A stretch of DNA of 64,000 nucleotides from Massalongia carnosa (taxonomy: Eukaryota): the NCBI GenBank assembly GCA_965645245.1, contig OZ287081.1, positions 1,240,001 to 1,304,000 on the forward strand. Direction: 5' to 3'. Below the pieces are notes generated by a model. It was not told the DNA's origin and made no database searches. It saw nothing but the letters and a program-made list of their open reading frames with translations. Positions 51,078-64,000 of this stretch are shown piece after piece; position 1 is the first letter of the stretch, and each line of letters begins with the position of its first letter. The position numbers and the translations under genes are program-made.

Positions 51078-53020
51078 CTACCACGACTTCATTTCCCCAG
51101 GCTTGGGTTTCTCCACCCGAACCACCTTGTCGCAGTTTAGGAGACAGAGGGGATCGAAGGCTTGCTTGAGCTGCGGTTGACATGTATTAGTCGGATTCAT
51201 CTTCGCCGTGTGCCGGGCAAGACGACTTACCTTTCTCATGGCATCAACAGTCGACTCGCCCAGCTCGTGTGCAAGGTAATCTCGTTTAATCAGTCCCACG
51301 CCGTGCTCGCCGGTGACAGTGCCTTCCATTTCCACGGCGCGTTTGACCATTCGGTGTACGACCTCCTCAGCGGTGTTTCGCTCCTTGTCGTTGAAGAGCA
51401 GGATGGCTAGGCTATGTCAGATAGATAGCAATCGAGAACCAGACAATGACTGACCATGGAAATTTCCATCACCCACATGTCCCACTATGGCCGCTAACAA
51501 CCCGCTGGCGCTCATGTCGGCTTTTGTCTCTTCGATGATATCAGGTAGCCTGCTAATTGGCACCGCCACGTCCGTGGTCCACACATGATCGCTCTCATCC
51601 CTGCGTTTCGCCATCACACTCCAAAGAGCTTCTTTTCTCGCGCTCCAGAGTTCTTGGGCTTCGTCCGCGTTCTTGGCGAAGTCAAAAGTCTTGCTGCCTT
51701 TGCTTCTGGCCAAGCTCTGCACGATGCCAATTTGTTCATTCACCCCCGCGGGAGTTCCTGCGAATTTGAAAAACAGCGTCGGGGCCTCTTTCCAGGTCCT
51801 GCTGGTAGCACCGCTTTCGTTGATGCATCGCATCTGCACATCGTCTAATACTTCAACCGCCGCGATGGGAACTCCTTCGCCTACAACCTTTGCCACGCAC
51901 TCGGCGGCATCGCGAATCGTGGGAAAACTAGCCACCGCCACGCTCTCGCTCTTCGGTTTCACGGTGACTTTCAAGGTCGCCTCCGTCACGAGTCCCAAAG
52001 TACCTTCGCTACCGATGAACATTCTCGTAAGATCGTAGCCTGCGCTGCTTTTACGTGGTCTTTGCCGAGTTTTGATGATCGTCCCATCGGCCATCACGAC
52101 CGTTAGGCTGATAACCCAGTCTCTCATCGTGCCGTATCGATATGCGTTTGTGCCTGAGCAGCCCGTCCCAACCATTCCACCAATCATGGCGCCTGGGCCC
52201 GGGTCAGGAGGGAAAAATAAACCATGTTCTGCAAGCTCTTGGTTGAGCAGCTCCCAGCTCAATGCGGGCTGTACAACAACATCCAAATCTTCCTTGTGCA
52301 GTGTCACGAGCTTGTTCATGCGAGCGAAATCAACGCAAATCCCCCCTCGCGTTGCGGAAAAATGGCCTTCGAGACTCGTTCCCCCAGAATATGCCGTGAT
52401 TGGTATTCTTCTTTCGTGGCATATCTTCACAATTTTGCTAACTTCCTCGGTACTCGACGGGAATACAATCATAAACGGTTTTTCACTTTCCTTGGGGTTG
52501 TACGAAGACCAATCAGAGCCCGAGTGGTGCTGTAGCTCGCTTTCAACAGTAGACACATTACTTTCGCCCACTATTCCAACAAAGTCCGTCCATGCAGCCT
52601 GCAAGTTGGAAGGTGAAGCGTCATGAGCGGGAGGGACTGTGAATGCTAAAGGAATCGTAGAAGCTGGCGGCGGAGCAGCAGGATTCATAGATCCAAGGTA
52701 ATAGAAAGTCAATGAGGAAGTAAGGATGACTGCTTCAGAGTTAGAAATTGGGCCTTTTCAAAAAAAGGGCACATACCAAAGGTAATGGCGGCATTGCGGC
52801 CTCCCCGATTCGCACCTCGTTCCTGAGAAAATCGACGTTGCTCTGCTCGTTCACGTTCTAATCTCTGCGCAGTACTTTCATAGAGTTGACCTCTGAAAGA
52901 CTTTTGCTCTTGCGCCAGGCATTTGAAAATGTGTATTCCCCGTCGGAAGCAAAGGCCGTATAAGATGCATTGCCGCGAAGGTGGAATACGGCGGAGAGCC
53001 TGTCCCGAAGCAAGAGACAT
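51078..53020 (-). CDS. DLD1: Mitochondrial D-lactate dehydrogenase (cytochrome), FAD-binding
   Basis: YSGGTSLEGH, FPPDPGPGAMIGG, KSSAGYDL, GSEGTLG, GHVGDGNFH and TGEHGVG. Three introns; an alternative ATG lies at 53041. Confidence 0.9.
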
Positions 53021-53190
53021 GCATACTTTCATCACAGGCATAACGGGAGATCATATAGACGGAGAGAATCTGATAAGTTGAACGTATTGTTCATAAATCA
53101 GAAAACTTCAGCGTCGGATAGCTCCTCAGAGCGGCTAAATGCCCTTTTGTAATGTCCGAAGCTAGCGCTAGTTAAATCCAGGTCGCTATT

Positions 53191-53247
53191 GTCACGTGAA
53201 TCAAGCGGGCTATTCTCCGCCCCGCCCTGCTCCGCCCCGCCCCCCCT
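53191..53247. promoter_or_regulatory. E-box (GTCACGTGA) and GC-box cluster in a short divergent promoter
   Basis: GTCACGTGA at 53191-53199 and repeated CCGCCC at ~53217-53243, between head-to-head DLD1 and amidase genes. Confidence 0.45.
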
Positions 53248-53411
53248 TTCACAGCGTCAAGGAGAATGACTGATAGGGTACGGGAACACAATGATGGTAG
53301 AGCAATATTCGTATATGTATTGCGTATTTAGGACTTTGTTGGCTGAATCTTCTTATTTTCTTTTCATTATCTTGACTTATTATATCTAAAGAAAATTTAA
53401 AGAGGCTATTG

Positions 53412-55335
53412 ATGGCGGGAGAAGGAGAAGCCCCGGCGTTCTATGGATACCCAGCCCCAAAGCAAGGTCCGGAAACGGCCTACGTAAAGAAGCTTGCATC
53501 CAACCCTGTGCTCCGAGGCATACCACTTGTCATTGCAGGTTATCTGTGGGTTGCGCATGAGCGCTGCTGTCACCATTTGCTAATGGACTTTGAAGAGCCT
53601 CATCCCTAAACTTTGTTGCCGGCTTCCTATGGAGCAATGCTGGCTTCAAAGAGCTTCGCGGTTATACCGAACTAGACGAAATCGAGGGGCGTTATGATCC
53701 GACCGTTATTCCGATCGCGAATAATGTTCGACGCGAATTCAACTTGGAAAGCCTGGATCAGCTCGTGGAAAGAGGAGCGGAAGAGTTTCCCAATCGTTAT
53801 TACAGCGTCGCCCAGTATCAATCTGCATATAAGAAAGGCGAACTCACGCCAACTGCTGTAGCGAGGGCGCTTCTTAAGCTCATCGCCGGTAACCCAGAGC
53901 ACCAGGTAGCCTTTCTCACACTCAAGAAAACTAGAGTCCTTGCTGCTGCCGAAGCATCGACGCAAAGATGGCAAGCTGGCAGGCCTCTGAGTGTCCTTGA
54001 CGGCATCCCCATCGCTGTCAAGGACGAAGTAGATCTGGACGGCTACGAGAAATCGCTCGGGTCCAGCCTTGACTTCACCCGCCCAGGCGGAGGCACAAGC
54101 TGGTGCGTAAAAAAATGGGAAGAAGCCGGCGCCGTGATTTTTGGAAAGACCAATATGCATGAAATGGGTTTAGGTAGGCTCCGAGCTTCCTCACCCGAAC
54201 ATGGAAACCCGAACGAAACATCCGCTTAACGCTCAAAACAGACACCACAAACAACAACCCAGCTAAAGGTACACCGCTCAACCCGCACAACCCGCGCTAC
54301 TACACCGGTGGCTCTTCGGGTGGCTCCGCCTATGCTGTTAGCACGGGCCTTGTTCCCATCGCCCTCGGCGCCGACGGCGGTGGATCCATCCGCCTTCCCG
54401 CCTCCTTCTGCGGCATTTACGGCCTTAAGCCTAGCCACGGGCGCGTTTCCGGCTCCCCCACTCCAAGCCTCGCCTCCTCGTGCAGCGTGCTCGGGCCTTT
54501 AGCCTCCAGTATAGCTGACCTCGAAATAGCCTACCGCATCATGGCAACCCCTGATCCGTCCCATCCCTCCTCCGTGCTCTTCCCCCCTCCCCTTCCCCCA
54601 CCATCCCCACTGCCCTACTACCACCAGAATAAGATCCTCGGCATTTACACCCCCTGGTTCGACTCCGCTGACCCCCCCGTCCTAAACGCCTGCCATGCCG
54701 CCCTGGCCCACTTCGTCTCCGCAGCCGGCTACACCATCCAGCCCATTACCCTCCCGCACCTTCCCCCCAGCCAGCTCGCGCATGCGCTTACCATCCTTGC
54801 CGAAATCAGCTCCGGCCGCACCCGCCACTCCCTCGCCGGTATCGCCCCTGCCACTAAACTTGTCCTCGCAGTCGGTGCCCACACTCCCGCCGTCGACTTC
54901 CTACTCGCGCAGAAGCTTCGCCAGCTCCTGATGCAGCACTGCGCCTTTTTGTTCCGTGCGCACCCAGGCCTACTGATCGTCACGCCTACAACGCCCATGG
55001 CCGGATGGCCGATCGAGGCCGGGGCCGCCGATCTGGTGCACGGCTGCAGCGACGCGAACCGGAGCGTGCGCAACGAGGACTTTGTCTTTCTAGCCAACTT
55101 TACCGGGTGTCCTGCGCTGAGTGTACCAGTGGGGTTTGCGGAGGCGAGAGGGGGGAGGGTGCCGGTGGGGTTGATGGCGATGGCGGAATGGGGGGGCGAG
55201 GACGCGCTGTTGGAGTGGGGACGGATGGCCGAGGAGTGGGCGTGGACGGGGAGAGAAGGGGAAGCGGGAGGGGGTATGCAGAGGCCGGGCGGGTGGGTGG
55301 ATGTTTTGAAGGTGGCCGCGAGGGAGGGGGAGTGA
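53412..55335 (+). CDS. Amidase-signature family hydrolase (fatty-acid amide hydrolase-like)
   Basis: DGIPIAVKD (Lys), [15 protein letters not shown] and GADGGGSIR (Ser-cisSer-Lys triad), [12 protein letters not shown]. Two introns. Confidence 0.9.
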
Positions 55336-55718
55336 TATAGGTAAGGCTGGTAGGTGAAGCTGGATACTTGTGTGGATTTTCGTACTTGCTTAGCACAAGA
55401 GGAGGGTATTTGTTCTTCGCACTTCATGAATGGTTTTGATACATCCCCCTCCCTACGCTTCTCCATTTGGAAGCATCATGCCAACTCGATCAACATCCTC
55501 CTGTATGCTCTCATCTTCAAGAACGGGTTATTGGTTGTTCGTAGGCGATATCGTTTCATTTCATTTCTTTTTGGTTGTACCGATGTATGCTCCAAATTCT
55601 CCCCTTGCATGGTTTCATCTTCTGGTAAAGACCGCCATCAACATAAGTTATCCATCACATCGTCTACCACTCATGCCCTATCCTCATGCTCGCCATCATA
55701 TCATAAGCCCTTGCGCTT

Positions 55719-58700
55719 CTAATACTCAACCCCCCCTCCTCCATAACCCCTTCGTTCCTGATCCTCATCCTCATCCTCGCCTCCCCGGCCATACCCGCGT
55801 TCCTCAATGGCTTCTTCCGATCGCTCCTCGTATCCGTATCCCTCTCCACGCCCAAACTCTTCCCGCTGCTCCCCATAATCTCGCTCCTGCTGTCTAGAGG
55901 CATACTCGTCTCCGCCCCCACGACCACCACCATAACCGCCGAACTCAAACTCCCGTCGTCGTGGCTCCCCACCATAACCATCGCCACGCCGGGCTTCGTC
56001 AGTTTGCCTATATCCTCCGCGTGATTTGTCGCCACCGTAACTTTGCTGTTCCCCATAAGATCTCTGCTCGCCGTAGCCTTCTTGTCTGCGTTCATCGTCA
56101 CCGGAGTTGCGCTTCTTGTGATGCTTCTTGTGTTTCTTCTTCTCGTCGGAATCTTCGTCATCATCCGAGTCCTTCTTAGAGTGACCACGTTCCTGGTAAC
56201 GGTTTGCCTCCCGGTACTCTTCGCCGCTCGCGTCCCGGCCTTCGCGGCGGACCTCGGACTGCCACTCGCCTCCGGATCGCTTGTAGCGGGTTTCCGTGGT
56301 GTGTTCATAACCACCACCGTAGGTAGGTCGCGATTCTTCAATCACTTGTTGGCCGTAGCCTCTTTGACCGCGACCTTCTTGCTCGTAGCGCTGGTACTCT
56401 TGGCGTTGACCCCCACCGGAAAATTTGGTTTGGCTGTACTCGGCCTGTGCATATCTCTGCTCAACTCCGCCGTATTGTGGCTGGCTATAACCTGTCTGCG
56501 TGACTGACTGTTTATACGAACCATCCGCTTCGTATTGTTCTTTCTGATAGCTTTGCTTCGTAGGCTTAGAGCCACCGAATACGTCTCCAAGTAGATCTCC
56601 ACCCAGGCCGCCGACAATACCCCCGACAAGACCACCAAGCGCACCACCGCCAACAGCTTCTCCAGCAAGCCTCCCAGTGCTGCTGGAGGCTCGACCCCCA
56701 CTCGGTTGGCCGCCGCCTCCAGTATAGCCGGAATCATATTTTGATTCTCCAGCAAGAGCAGACGTGATGCCTCCAAGAATCGCCCCTGCTGCTGGCCCCC
56801 CGATCGCGCCGGAGCTTCCAGCTGTCTTCATTGTAGGCATACCAAGGGGTTTGCCACATCCATGCCCAGTGTCATGGACGCCTTCTTTATGGTTTCTCCC
56901 TTGCTCAACACCGTCTCGGCTCAGTTGATCTCGTAGAACTTCGCGCTCTTGTTCGTCTTTTTCGCCCCACCATTTTTCCACAACACCGTACATCAACCGT
57001 CTACCATCCACTGCTCCGTCGTCGCCATAACCACGCAGGGCTGGATGATGAAAAACCCCATTGACAACCCTGGTCAGGGTTCGATTGACATCAATTCTTT
57101 CGTCGTCCCAACATGCAATTAGCTGCGGCACGACCCACTTTAAGACCTGACTGGCAATCTTTCCAGCGGGCTCGTTTAGGATATTCGAGAAATGATCCTT
57201 CGAAAGCATTGAATGAGTGGGGTCAGAAGACCTGTCGTCATGAAAAACGATTAACTGCTTGTCCTTACTACTCTGAATAATTTCAGATGATCCGGTGTTG
57301 AGCTCGGTCTTAACCTGTTTGATGATTGGCAACACGAATGGTGCAAGCAAACTGAAGACGAAGATATTGAGCTGGTCTGTAAAGTATCAGTCTGCGAGTC
57401 TATGCTCTTTACTTGTGAAGTCGGTTCTCACCTTGTAATTGCTCAATCAAATCCGGAAGAACAGGGATCTTCTCAATGGTTTCGGTTATGGATTGCATTA
57501 TCTCATCATGCCATTCAAGAATGGGATAGATTTGCTTCGTGATTTCTTGTAGCTGCTCCGTGAATGCTTCAGGCTCTCGAGGAGTGATGTGAGTATTCTG
57601 TAGTTGCGCGGCTTGGGCGTTTGCTTGCAACTCGTTTGCCTTTCCGGCTCGGTCTTTATCTCCGAAAAGGCCGCTTGGCACCTGATCTAGCAAGTCTTGA
57701 AGCATGCTAGAATTACCTTGTTCGCTATTTTGGGATTGCTGGATAGTCCCCTCGAGCTCCTGAATCTCAGATTGCGTGGCTTTATCAGAAAATTCGCCCT
57801 GTGTACTATCTTAGCATAAGTTTTTTTGGGTAACTCATGGGTGCCTTACCATTACGGAGTGCAGAAAATCTACGCCTCCAAATGTCCCGGTGATGAGGGG
57901 GAATACAGGATGGCGTACTCCTGGAAGACTCACCTGCGTTTGGCGGCCAACATGGGGGAATACATTCCTTTCTCCCAGCTCGATCAGTGCGAGCTCAGTA
58001 TAATTGGAATGAGCAGAATAGTCTTCCAAGCAATGGCATCCAGTTCCAAGCAAGCGTAGTGCTTCGTAAAGATCAGCTCGATTTTTACTATGCGCATATT
58101 GCCTCCCAAGTTGAATACTTCGGCCAAAGAGATTGCGGACCAAGCCTGCGGATGTTGTTATCCCCAGATTCTCCGAAGCAATATAATTTTTAAGACCTAA
58201 AAATATACTTAGCCCGGAATCGTATACCAAGTTCTATTTGTACCTGTCTCCGGATTGATACTAAGCTCTCGACGTTCATCAACCGGTGCGCGAAGTCTTC
58301 TGTCATATTGACGGGCATCTTCGTTATCCGCGTACTGTGTGGGAACACTTAGCCTTCTCTTTCCAGGGGGAAGCCTCTAAGACCTACGTCTTTCGGATTG
58401 TCTATATGCTCCTCGGGCCGATAGCATCCCAGTCTATCGGTCGTGACTTCAAACTCTTTCGTAGCATAACCAAAGCTCATGAACCCAAGCACCCAGAGTA
58501 TGATACGAATAGCCTCGGCACTGACGTATTTGACGGTTCCCACGTCTACAGCCTGGCTATAATCCCGGAGCCAATTTCCAAAGTAGACACGTTTGACATC
58601 GAGCTTGCTGAACTTCTTGCCGCCAGCAGCGCGGGACATTAATATGTTCAGCAGAGTATCTTCAATGTCGCCATGGCGCCAATTTTGACCTTCAATGCGA

Positions 58701-58867
58701 GCCGTGGAAGCTATAGGCTGTTATTAAGAGCATTGGTTCTTGTTAATTCAATAAATAAGTCACTTGCCAATGTTACCAGCTCCAAAGGCCAAGATTGGAA
58801 CCGATAGAAATACTACAACAACCGCACATGATAGGAAGAGATTGAAAGACGGTTTGAGGGATGACAT
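55719..58867 (-). CDS. Het-C domain protein (het-c/TinC family) with Gly-rich C-terminus
   Basis: Signal peptide ending AFGAGNI, then WRHGDIED, RVYFGNWLRDYSQAVD, GCYRPEEHIDNPKDY, HCLEDYSAHSNY, DPTHSMLSKDHF. Five introns. Confidence 0.92.
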
Positions 58868-59529
58868 TGTGATTCTCGAGAAGGTCGAGAAGCCGTTTGA
58901 AATTAGAACTGTACCTGCTGTCAGGTTGTTCTGTGGGTGCAGAAGCAAGAATGGTTTTGAAGAGAGAGGGGGTAACATACGAATGGTGGGGGTGTTTGCT
59001 CTCAGGCATGCATACGGCACGCCTTATCGATTAGATCTCTAATTTTACGCGATAAATCGCTCAGGGGCTCCCCCTTATCAAAATAACTGCAGACAGTTAC
59101 AGAATCAAGAAACCTATCCGAAACCCATGATTTGAACACAAATACTATTTGATGGTAGTAACTTGTTCATTTTCTCAGCAGCTTTGTAACCAAAATTTAG
59201 TCGCCACTCAGCTGCTAAAATGATATAACAGAATTCCAATATCTAGCATACAGATTGCTCTAGCATGCTACAGTTTTTTGCCGCATGCTCCTCTCTAACA
59301 GATTGCTGTGCGGCGAAGGAATTTTGTCTGCTTCATTTTTAATGGCTTAAGCTAGAGGACGGGGGTTGCGAAGGTCTGTACCCTACTTAACTTGATCCGA
59401 TACTCGAGCTATATCGTTGCAAATCGAAGCCGTAGCTAGACTTACCTTTACCAGAAACAACATGTTGATCAATTATTTATATTTCTTGACAACTCCACTC
59501 TCCGTTGTTCGTTCTTCTCATAGATCCAG

Positions 59530-60393
59530 TCACTTTAGCGTAGCTTTGAAACCCTTATACGCCCCCTCCATGTCAAACGCCAATTCCCTCGCCTCCTTCT
59601 CTCCTAGCTCCTCTGTCGCCTGCATCCCGTTTAGTCGAATCAACCAACTGATAATCTTGCTTCGATTTTCGAAATCCACACTCGTGACTTGGTTTGCCGA
59701 CTGGATCACTTCCGAGAGCAGCGGGTGCAGGCTATCTTTCGACAACATATGCAGCTTGAGCGCGTCGAGGAAAGTGATGAAGTTTTCCGTTGCGAGTAGG
59801 ATCTGCGAGCCCGATGCCGTGGAGCCTGAATGAGACGCCTGAGTTGAAGGGTTTGAAGGGGCGCTCGAGGGATCGACGACCGTAGCGGGGAGATTGACCC
59901 GGATGCGTTCGGTTGCTCGGGGACATTCAATCTATAAGTATATTAGTTTCATAACGGAAAACGTTCATTCCAACCAAGGGATAGAAGCAATCTGCTTACG
60001 TCCCATTCACGCTTAAAAGTCTCCAGGTCGACAAAAGCTCGCGTGACATTGTCATCGCTTAGGGTAGACTTGTACTGCTTAAGCAGACGGGTGCAGGTTT
60101 CTGTATATTCCACTTCGGGGATTGAGTCCTTGATGTAGGCTTTCTCGAGGCCGTCTAGGGTGATGATGATGCTATAGATTTCGGCGAGAGAGTCATAGAG
60201 GTCGCGCTCAGCGGCGCTAACGGAGAGTTTTACCTCCTACGACCAGAACGAGCACGTCAGATATGAAGAACCTAGTGTAAAGTGCATGTAGAGGCATTAC
60301 TTCGTCTAGATTGATGGTGGCCGCTATGGTTGGGTTGGGAACGTAACTATGGGGCGTCGGCGCATATGCCAACTGCCTTGATGAGGCCAGCAT
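59530..60393 (-). CDS. VPS28: ESCRT-I subunit Vps28
   Basis: INLDE|EVKL, ERDLYDSLAEIYSIIITLDGLEKAYIKD, CPRATERI, FITFLDALKL, LHPLLSEV, ARELAFD. Two introns. Confidence 0.95.
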
Positions 60394-60841
60394 TATTGTT
60401 TGTTGGAGATCAAATATCGAGGATAAAGTATGTACATATTGATAATTTCGGTAAGGCTATAAAAAGATTTCTCGCAACAACATCTACTACATATGTAAAG
60501 GGAAACAGCCTTTTGAGAATTCCTCCAGGTATGTTCACTATCTATATCGACAAACGGTTCCTATACCTAGCCAATATCGGCCGGTCCGACAATTCCCACA
60601 CTATGCTCCAAACCGAAGGGTATCACCGGTATTCTCAGCACATGCCTTCCTATTTTTACGCCACTATCATAACGCCTATGAAAATGGAATCCGAACGATA
60701 TAGACCAAGAAAACGTAATGCTAAATCTAAAAGAACCGCGCACCGTCTGCTTAGAGTTAAACCACAAGAGTGGCTAGAACCCATATTTAGCCTTGAGTAC
60801 AATCGGTGAAGTTTTTTACCTGGCCTCATTGAAAATACCCA

Positions 60842-62748
60842 TTAACGAAAGCCAGGAAATATTGATCCAACAGCTTTTCGCCCTAGTACGAGGATAATTT
60901 AGTCATAAGAAAAGTTGAGCGTATCAGAGTCTTCCAAGCAGATACCACTAAAAGAAATAGAGCATGAACTCACATTTGGGCATTCTGGCCCATCGCTCTC
61001 TATCTTCATCATCCGCTGTTGGTTGCTGCCCTAGCAATACGATTACCCTCCTTCTTGCCCTTTCGTTGCGATCAAAATTTCGGCGACCAGGCAGCTCTGC
61101 GACGGCAGAATGAGCGGGTGCTCTATCATTCATCTCAATGGCCGTTGGTATAGCCGGGGCACTAGAAGATCTACTACCCTCATTACTACGCATAGCTGAC
61201 CGCCTAAATTGACGGTGGAAGCTGGCTATTTGCCTGCCTACTGCTATGGGCCGCTCTAAGGTATTTGCGTTGCCGCTGTTGCCGCTCGATTGGTTTCTCT
61301 CCGGTGCCTCAGGAGTTTCCCGCTGCTGTCTTCTCCTGGCCTGGCGTTCGCGCCGAACCATGGCATTTGTGATGCCGTTGGGGCAGTAACCCTTTGGAAG
61401 AACCTTACCTTTACAAACGGGGCATAGGCTACTGTTCTCCAAAAGACATTTGTCAATGCATTTAGGATGAAAGATGTGCTTGCAAGGAAGCTCGCGCACA
61501 GTCGTATGATATGATTCGAAGTCGTCGAGGCAAATAGGGCAAGTGGGTTGGGAGTAAGTAAGTTGGCGATAAGCGAAAGACGGTGGTGATCGAGTAGGAT
61601 TTACGGTGCCCAGTGCGCTGGTGGATAACGGTGCATCGGTGCGAAGAGGCTCTGAAACGCTACGACGCTTTGAAGTATCTCCAGACAAGGGCGAAAAATC
61701 TGGTGAGACTCCAGGGGTGGGTTGATTTAGGATTTTGGGAGCGCAATTCAACTGTGCGCCTAGTTGCTGCTTCTCATCGAAGACGTAAATGAACATAGGC
61801 AGCTTCTTCAGCGCCTCCGGCGGGACTGTAAGCCTCTTGATTCCCAAAGCTTCAAGATCAACTTCTCCGGCTACAACACGTCTTTGTAAAGCTAGTCGGT
61901 TCCTACGCTGGATGCAATGCATCGAAACCGAGGTGATGCCCACCAAAAGTAGGACCACCCCAAGCACAATGAGGAGGAAGGCCCAAAGACTTGGTAGAGC
62001 GCTCGTATTGGTCATTGTAATTGAGGTATACAAGCGAATGTATTCGCTGGAATCGTGTTGCGCAGTCAAAAGCCCACTATGTGAGCCATTCCCGGGCTTT
62101 TCCGAATATACGCCAAGGTCGTGCATAATTCTTGTACCGATCGAGCTGGGAATAACGTACACCGGAAACGTATTCTCGGATTTCCAGCTCCCACCATCGT
62201 TTAGCTTCCAAGTCGGGTCATTCACCGGAGGTGGCGTGCCGGTTCGATTGTCTGTCAGGTAGAATATAAAGGCTAATGAACCATGCGCGGCAGATAGGTA
62301 GGATTTTGTACATTCGGGTGTCATCCATGGCGCTAATGCGATGAAGGGATATTGTCTAGTGGGGAAACTGGCCTGCCGTGTGACATTCTGTGGAATATTT
62401 TGTGCTGAGAGATCTGTGCATGGATCGGATGATGGCAGGTCAGGGACATAGAGGAGGCCTTCGATCGACTGAGTGTTATCTGCCGTATTGGTTGATAAGG
62501 TTCTTATAACATCATTGAAATACAGGCCATAAGCGTCACTGGACTGCGGTGCACCAGTGTCATTAGCAGGTTGTAAGATCAAATCCACTAGATGTGCCTA
62601 CATCATTCCCCCTTAAGCGTGCTTTGTCTTTAAAGCCTGAGCTCCATGCTGGATCGTTGAAGGCAAGAAGGAAGATATCGATTGACCCGGCGCCTGAGCT
62701 TCATTAGCATGCGCTCCACCTAGTCTTGACCAGACTGGACGGACTCAT
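60842..62748 (-). CDS. Single-pass membrane RING-H2 E3 ubiquitin ligase
   Basis: TM segment LWAFLLIVLGVVLLLVGIT, GEVDLEALGIKRL, RING-H2 CPICLDDF...LPCKHIFHPKC...CPVCK. A 4-nt first coding exon (ATGA) and terminal exon WRKAVGSIFPGFR are inferred from splice signals. Confidence 0.85.
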
Positions 62749-63745
62749 TGTCGTCCAAGGCGCTTGAGTCTATCGGATCGTCAATCGATCATGACGGGGA
62801 CCTGGACAACGGCCCTGCGTAATGCTTGAGTGAGAGATCCAAGAACACGGCAAGTCGAGCGAGGGATATATTGATGATTTACCCCACGATGGTGTTTCCT
62901 TGAAGAGATCACTCTGTACGCGGGGTAGTCGTAGTGCTCCCAATACCCGTAAGAGTTTGACTGATTATAGTATACTCCTGAGTTTGATGCACTTCTTGGG
63001 GAGACTGAGAGGGCGGTGCAAGAATCAGGGGTCAACTGGCCGTCAGTGATTGAGAAACGAGGAGCAGACCTGAAGAACTGACGTTTGGAAGCTCGTTCCG
63101 CCACTTCTGTACTTGCTGTTGAGGAGAAACCATTGACTGGTTTCATTTAACGGCTCTGATCAACAGCATCTGATTGGATGATAGATTTAGATGCTAAGCC
63201 TCCTTTATGACCTGGTATTTATGGCATTTAGGACATTTAAGTCGTTTAACTCGTGCATTGCATACTACCCAGATAGGCTTAGTGCGGCTCTTGCACTATC
63301 GGACATAATCAGCCAACCGCTTAGGAGGTTATAGATTTGAGTGTTCTCACCTCATCGTCTCTCTGAGCAAACAGAAGCCGCGCAAGGGAGTCTGTACAGA
63401 GTACTCGACAGAGAACAACTACTCCCGTTCTCTATACTCTTTGCGTGCTAGCGATAGGGCCTTTTCATCTGTGTCCTTCCACACTATATACTGCCAAATG
63501 TGTGACAACGCAAAAACCAGATTCAATTCACGGTATAAAACTGCAGGCTCTGCTAACCTAAAGATTTCATAAGTCGATGGCCGACCAGTTTTATAGTAAT
63601 AGCAAAACCTATGCGATAAGCGCTTCATGCTGCAAGCTTAGGTGAACACAGAGTACCGTCATTCACAATCCTCTCCCACCAACAATATCATACCTTTAAT
63701 TTCACCTTCCTTGCCATCTTCAATTTGGTTTCATCAACACTCAAA

Positions 63746-64000
63746 ATGCCTCCTTTAGGGGGAAAAAGCAAGTCTAAAGGGCGCGAGAGTCGTCAGTCAC
63801 CAAGCCGCAACACAACTCCAAGTTCTACTGTCAGTGTACCAGTTAGCGTGGTGGCCTCGACCAATGCTACGTTTTTGGATATGCCTTTGGCAACGCTGGT
63901 GGCAACCGAAATCAACTATGATGATATTCTCGAACGTCATGGGGGTGGAGGGGGTACACCAGATCCGAAGCATCTTGAAACGATGACGAACGATCTGGAT
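63746..64000 (+). CDS. NGG1: SAGA/ADA subunit Ada3 (Ngg1)-like, N-terminus only
   Basis: MPPLGGKSKSKGRESRQSPSRNTTPSS...YDDILERHGGGGGTPDPKHLETM resembles filamentous-fungal Ada3 N-termini. The ORF runs off the window. Confidence 0.65.
   Translation, partial: MPPLGGKSKSKGRESRQSPSRNTTPSSTVSVPVSVVASTNATFLDMPLATLVATEINYDDILERHGGGGGTPDPKHLETMTNDLD

Noticed and set aside
62781..63146. 121-aa ORF upstream of the RING gene
   Set aside because: No recognisable homology; could be a uORF or 5' UTR but is not supportable as a gene.
1..64000. Giant mobile element (Starship-type) or horizontally acquired bacterial island
   Set aside because: No tyrosine-recombinase captain or intronless operon-like block seen; gene content is typical core fungal.

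Overview
Eukaryotic, intron-rich genomic DNA from a filamentous ascomycete (Pezizomycotina-type GT..CTAAC/CTGAC..YAG short introns). It holds about 18 ordinary housekeeping genes: UPF0658 membrane protein, PP4 regulatory subunit, Cps1-like GT2, Rmp1, SPRY protein, Ca2+/H+ exchanger, hybrid histidine kinase, 2OG-Fe(II) oxygenase, acyl-CoA dehydrogenase, spartin/senescence-domain protein, Kin4-like kinase, GH31 alpha-glucosidase, D-lactate dehydrogenase, amidase, Het-C, Vps28, RING-H2 ligase and the start of Ada3/Ngg1. There is also one decayed pseudogene and three full-length DNA transposons. Two signals stand out. (1) A Tc1-like element at 16776-18012 has perfect 34-bp TIRs starting with a palindromic CACGCGCGTG and is flanked by a 5-bp ATTGG duplication instead of the canonical TA. 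(2) Intergenic tracts consist of TA dinucleotides separated by a small vocabulary of short spacers (CGGAG/CAGAG, CAG, CG, TG, CTTTGGG, GCCTTG). One spacer equals the first 5 nt of an intact TA-flanked DD34E transposon that is itself inserted in such a tract, suggesting stacked excision footprints at reusable landing sites. Product calls rest on recognised motifs, not on database searches, and exon boundaries are read by eye.
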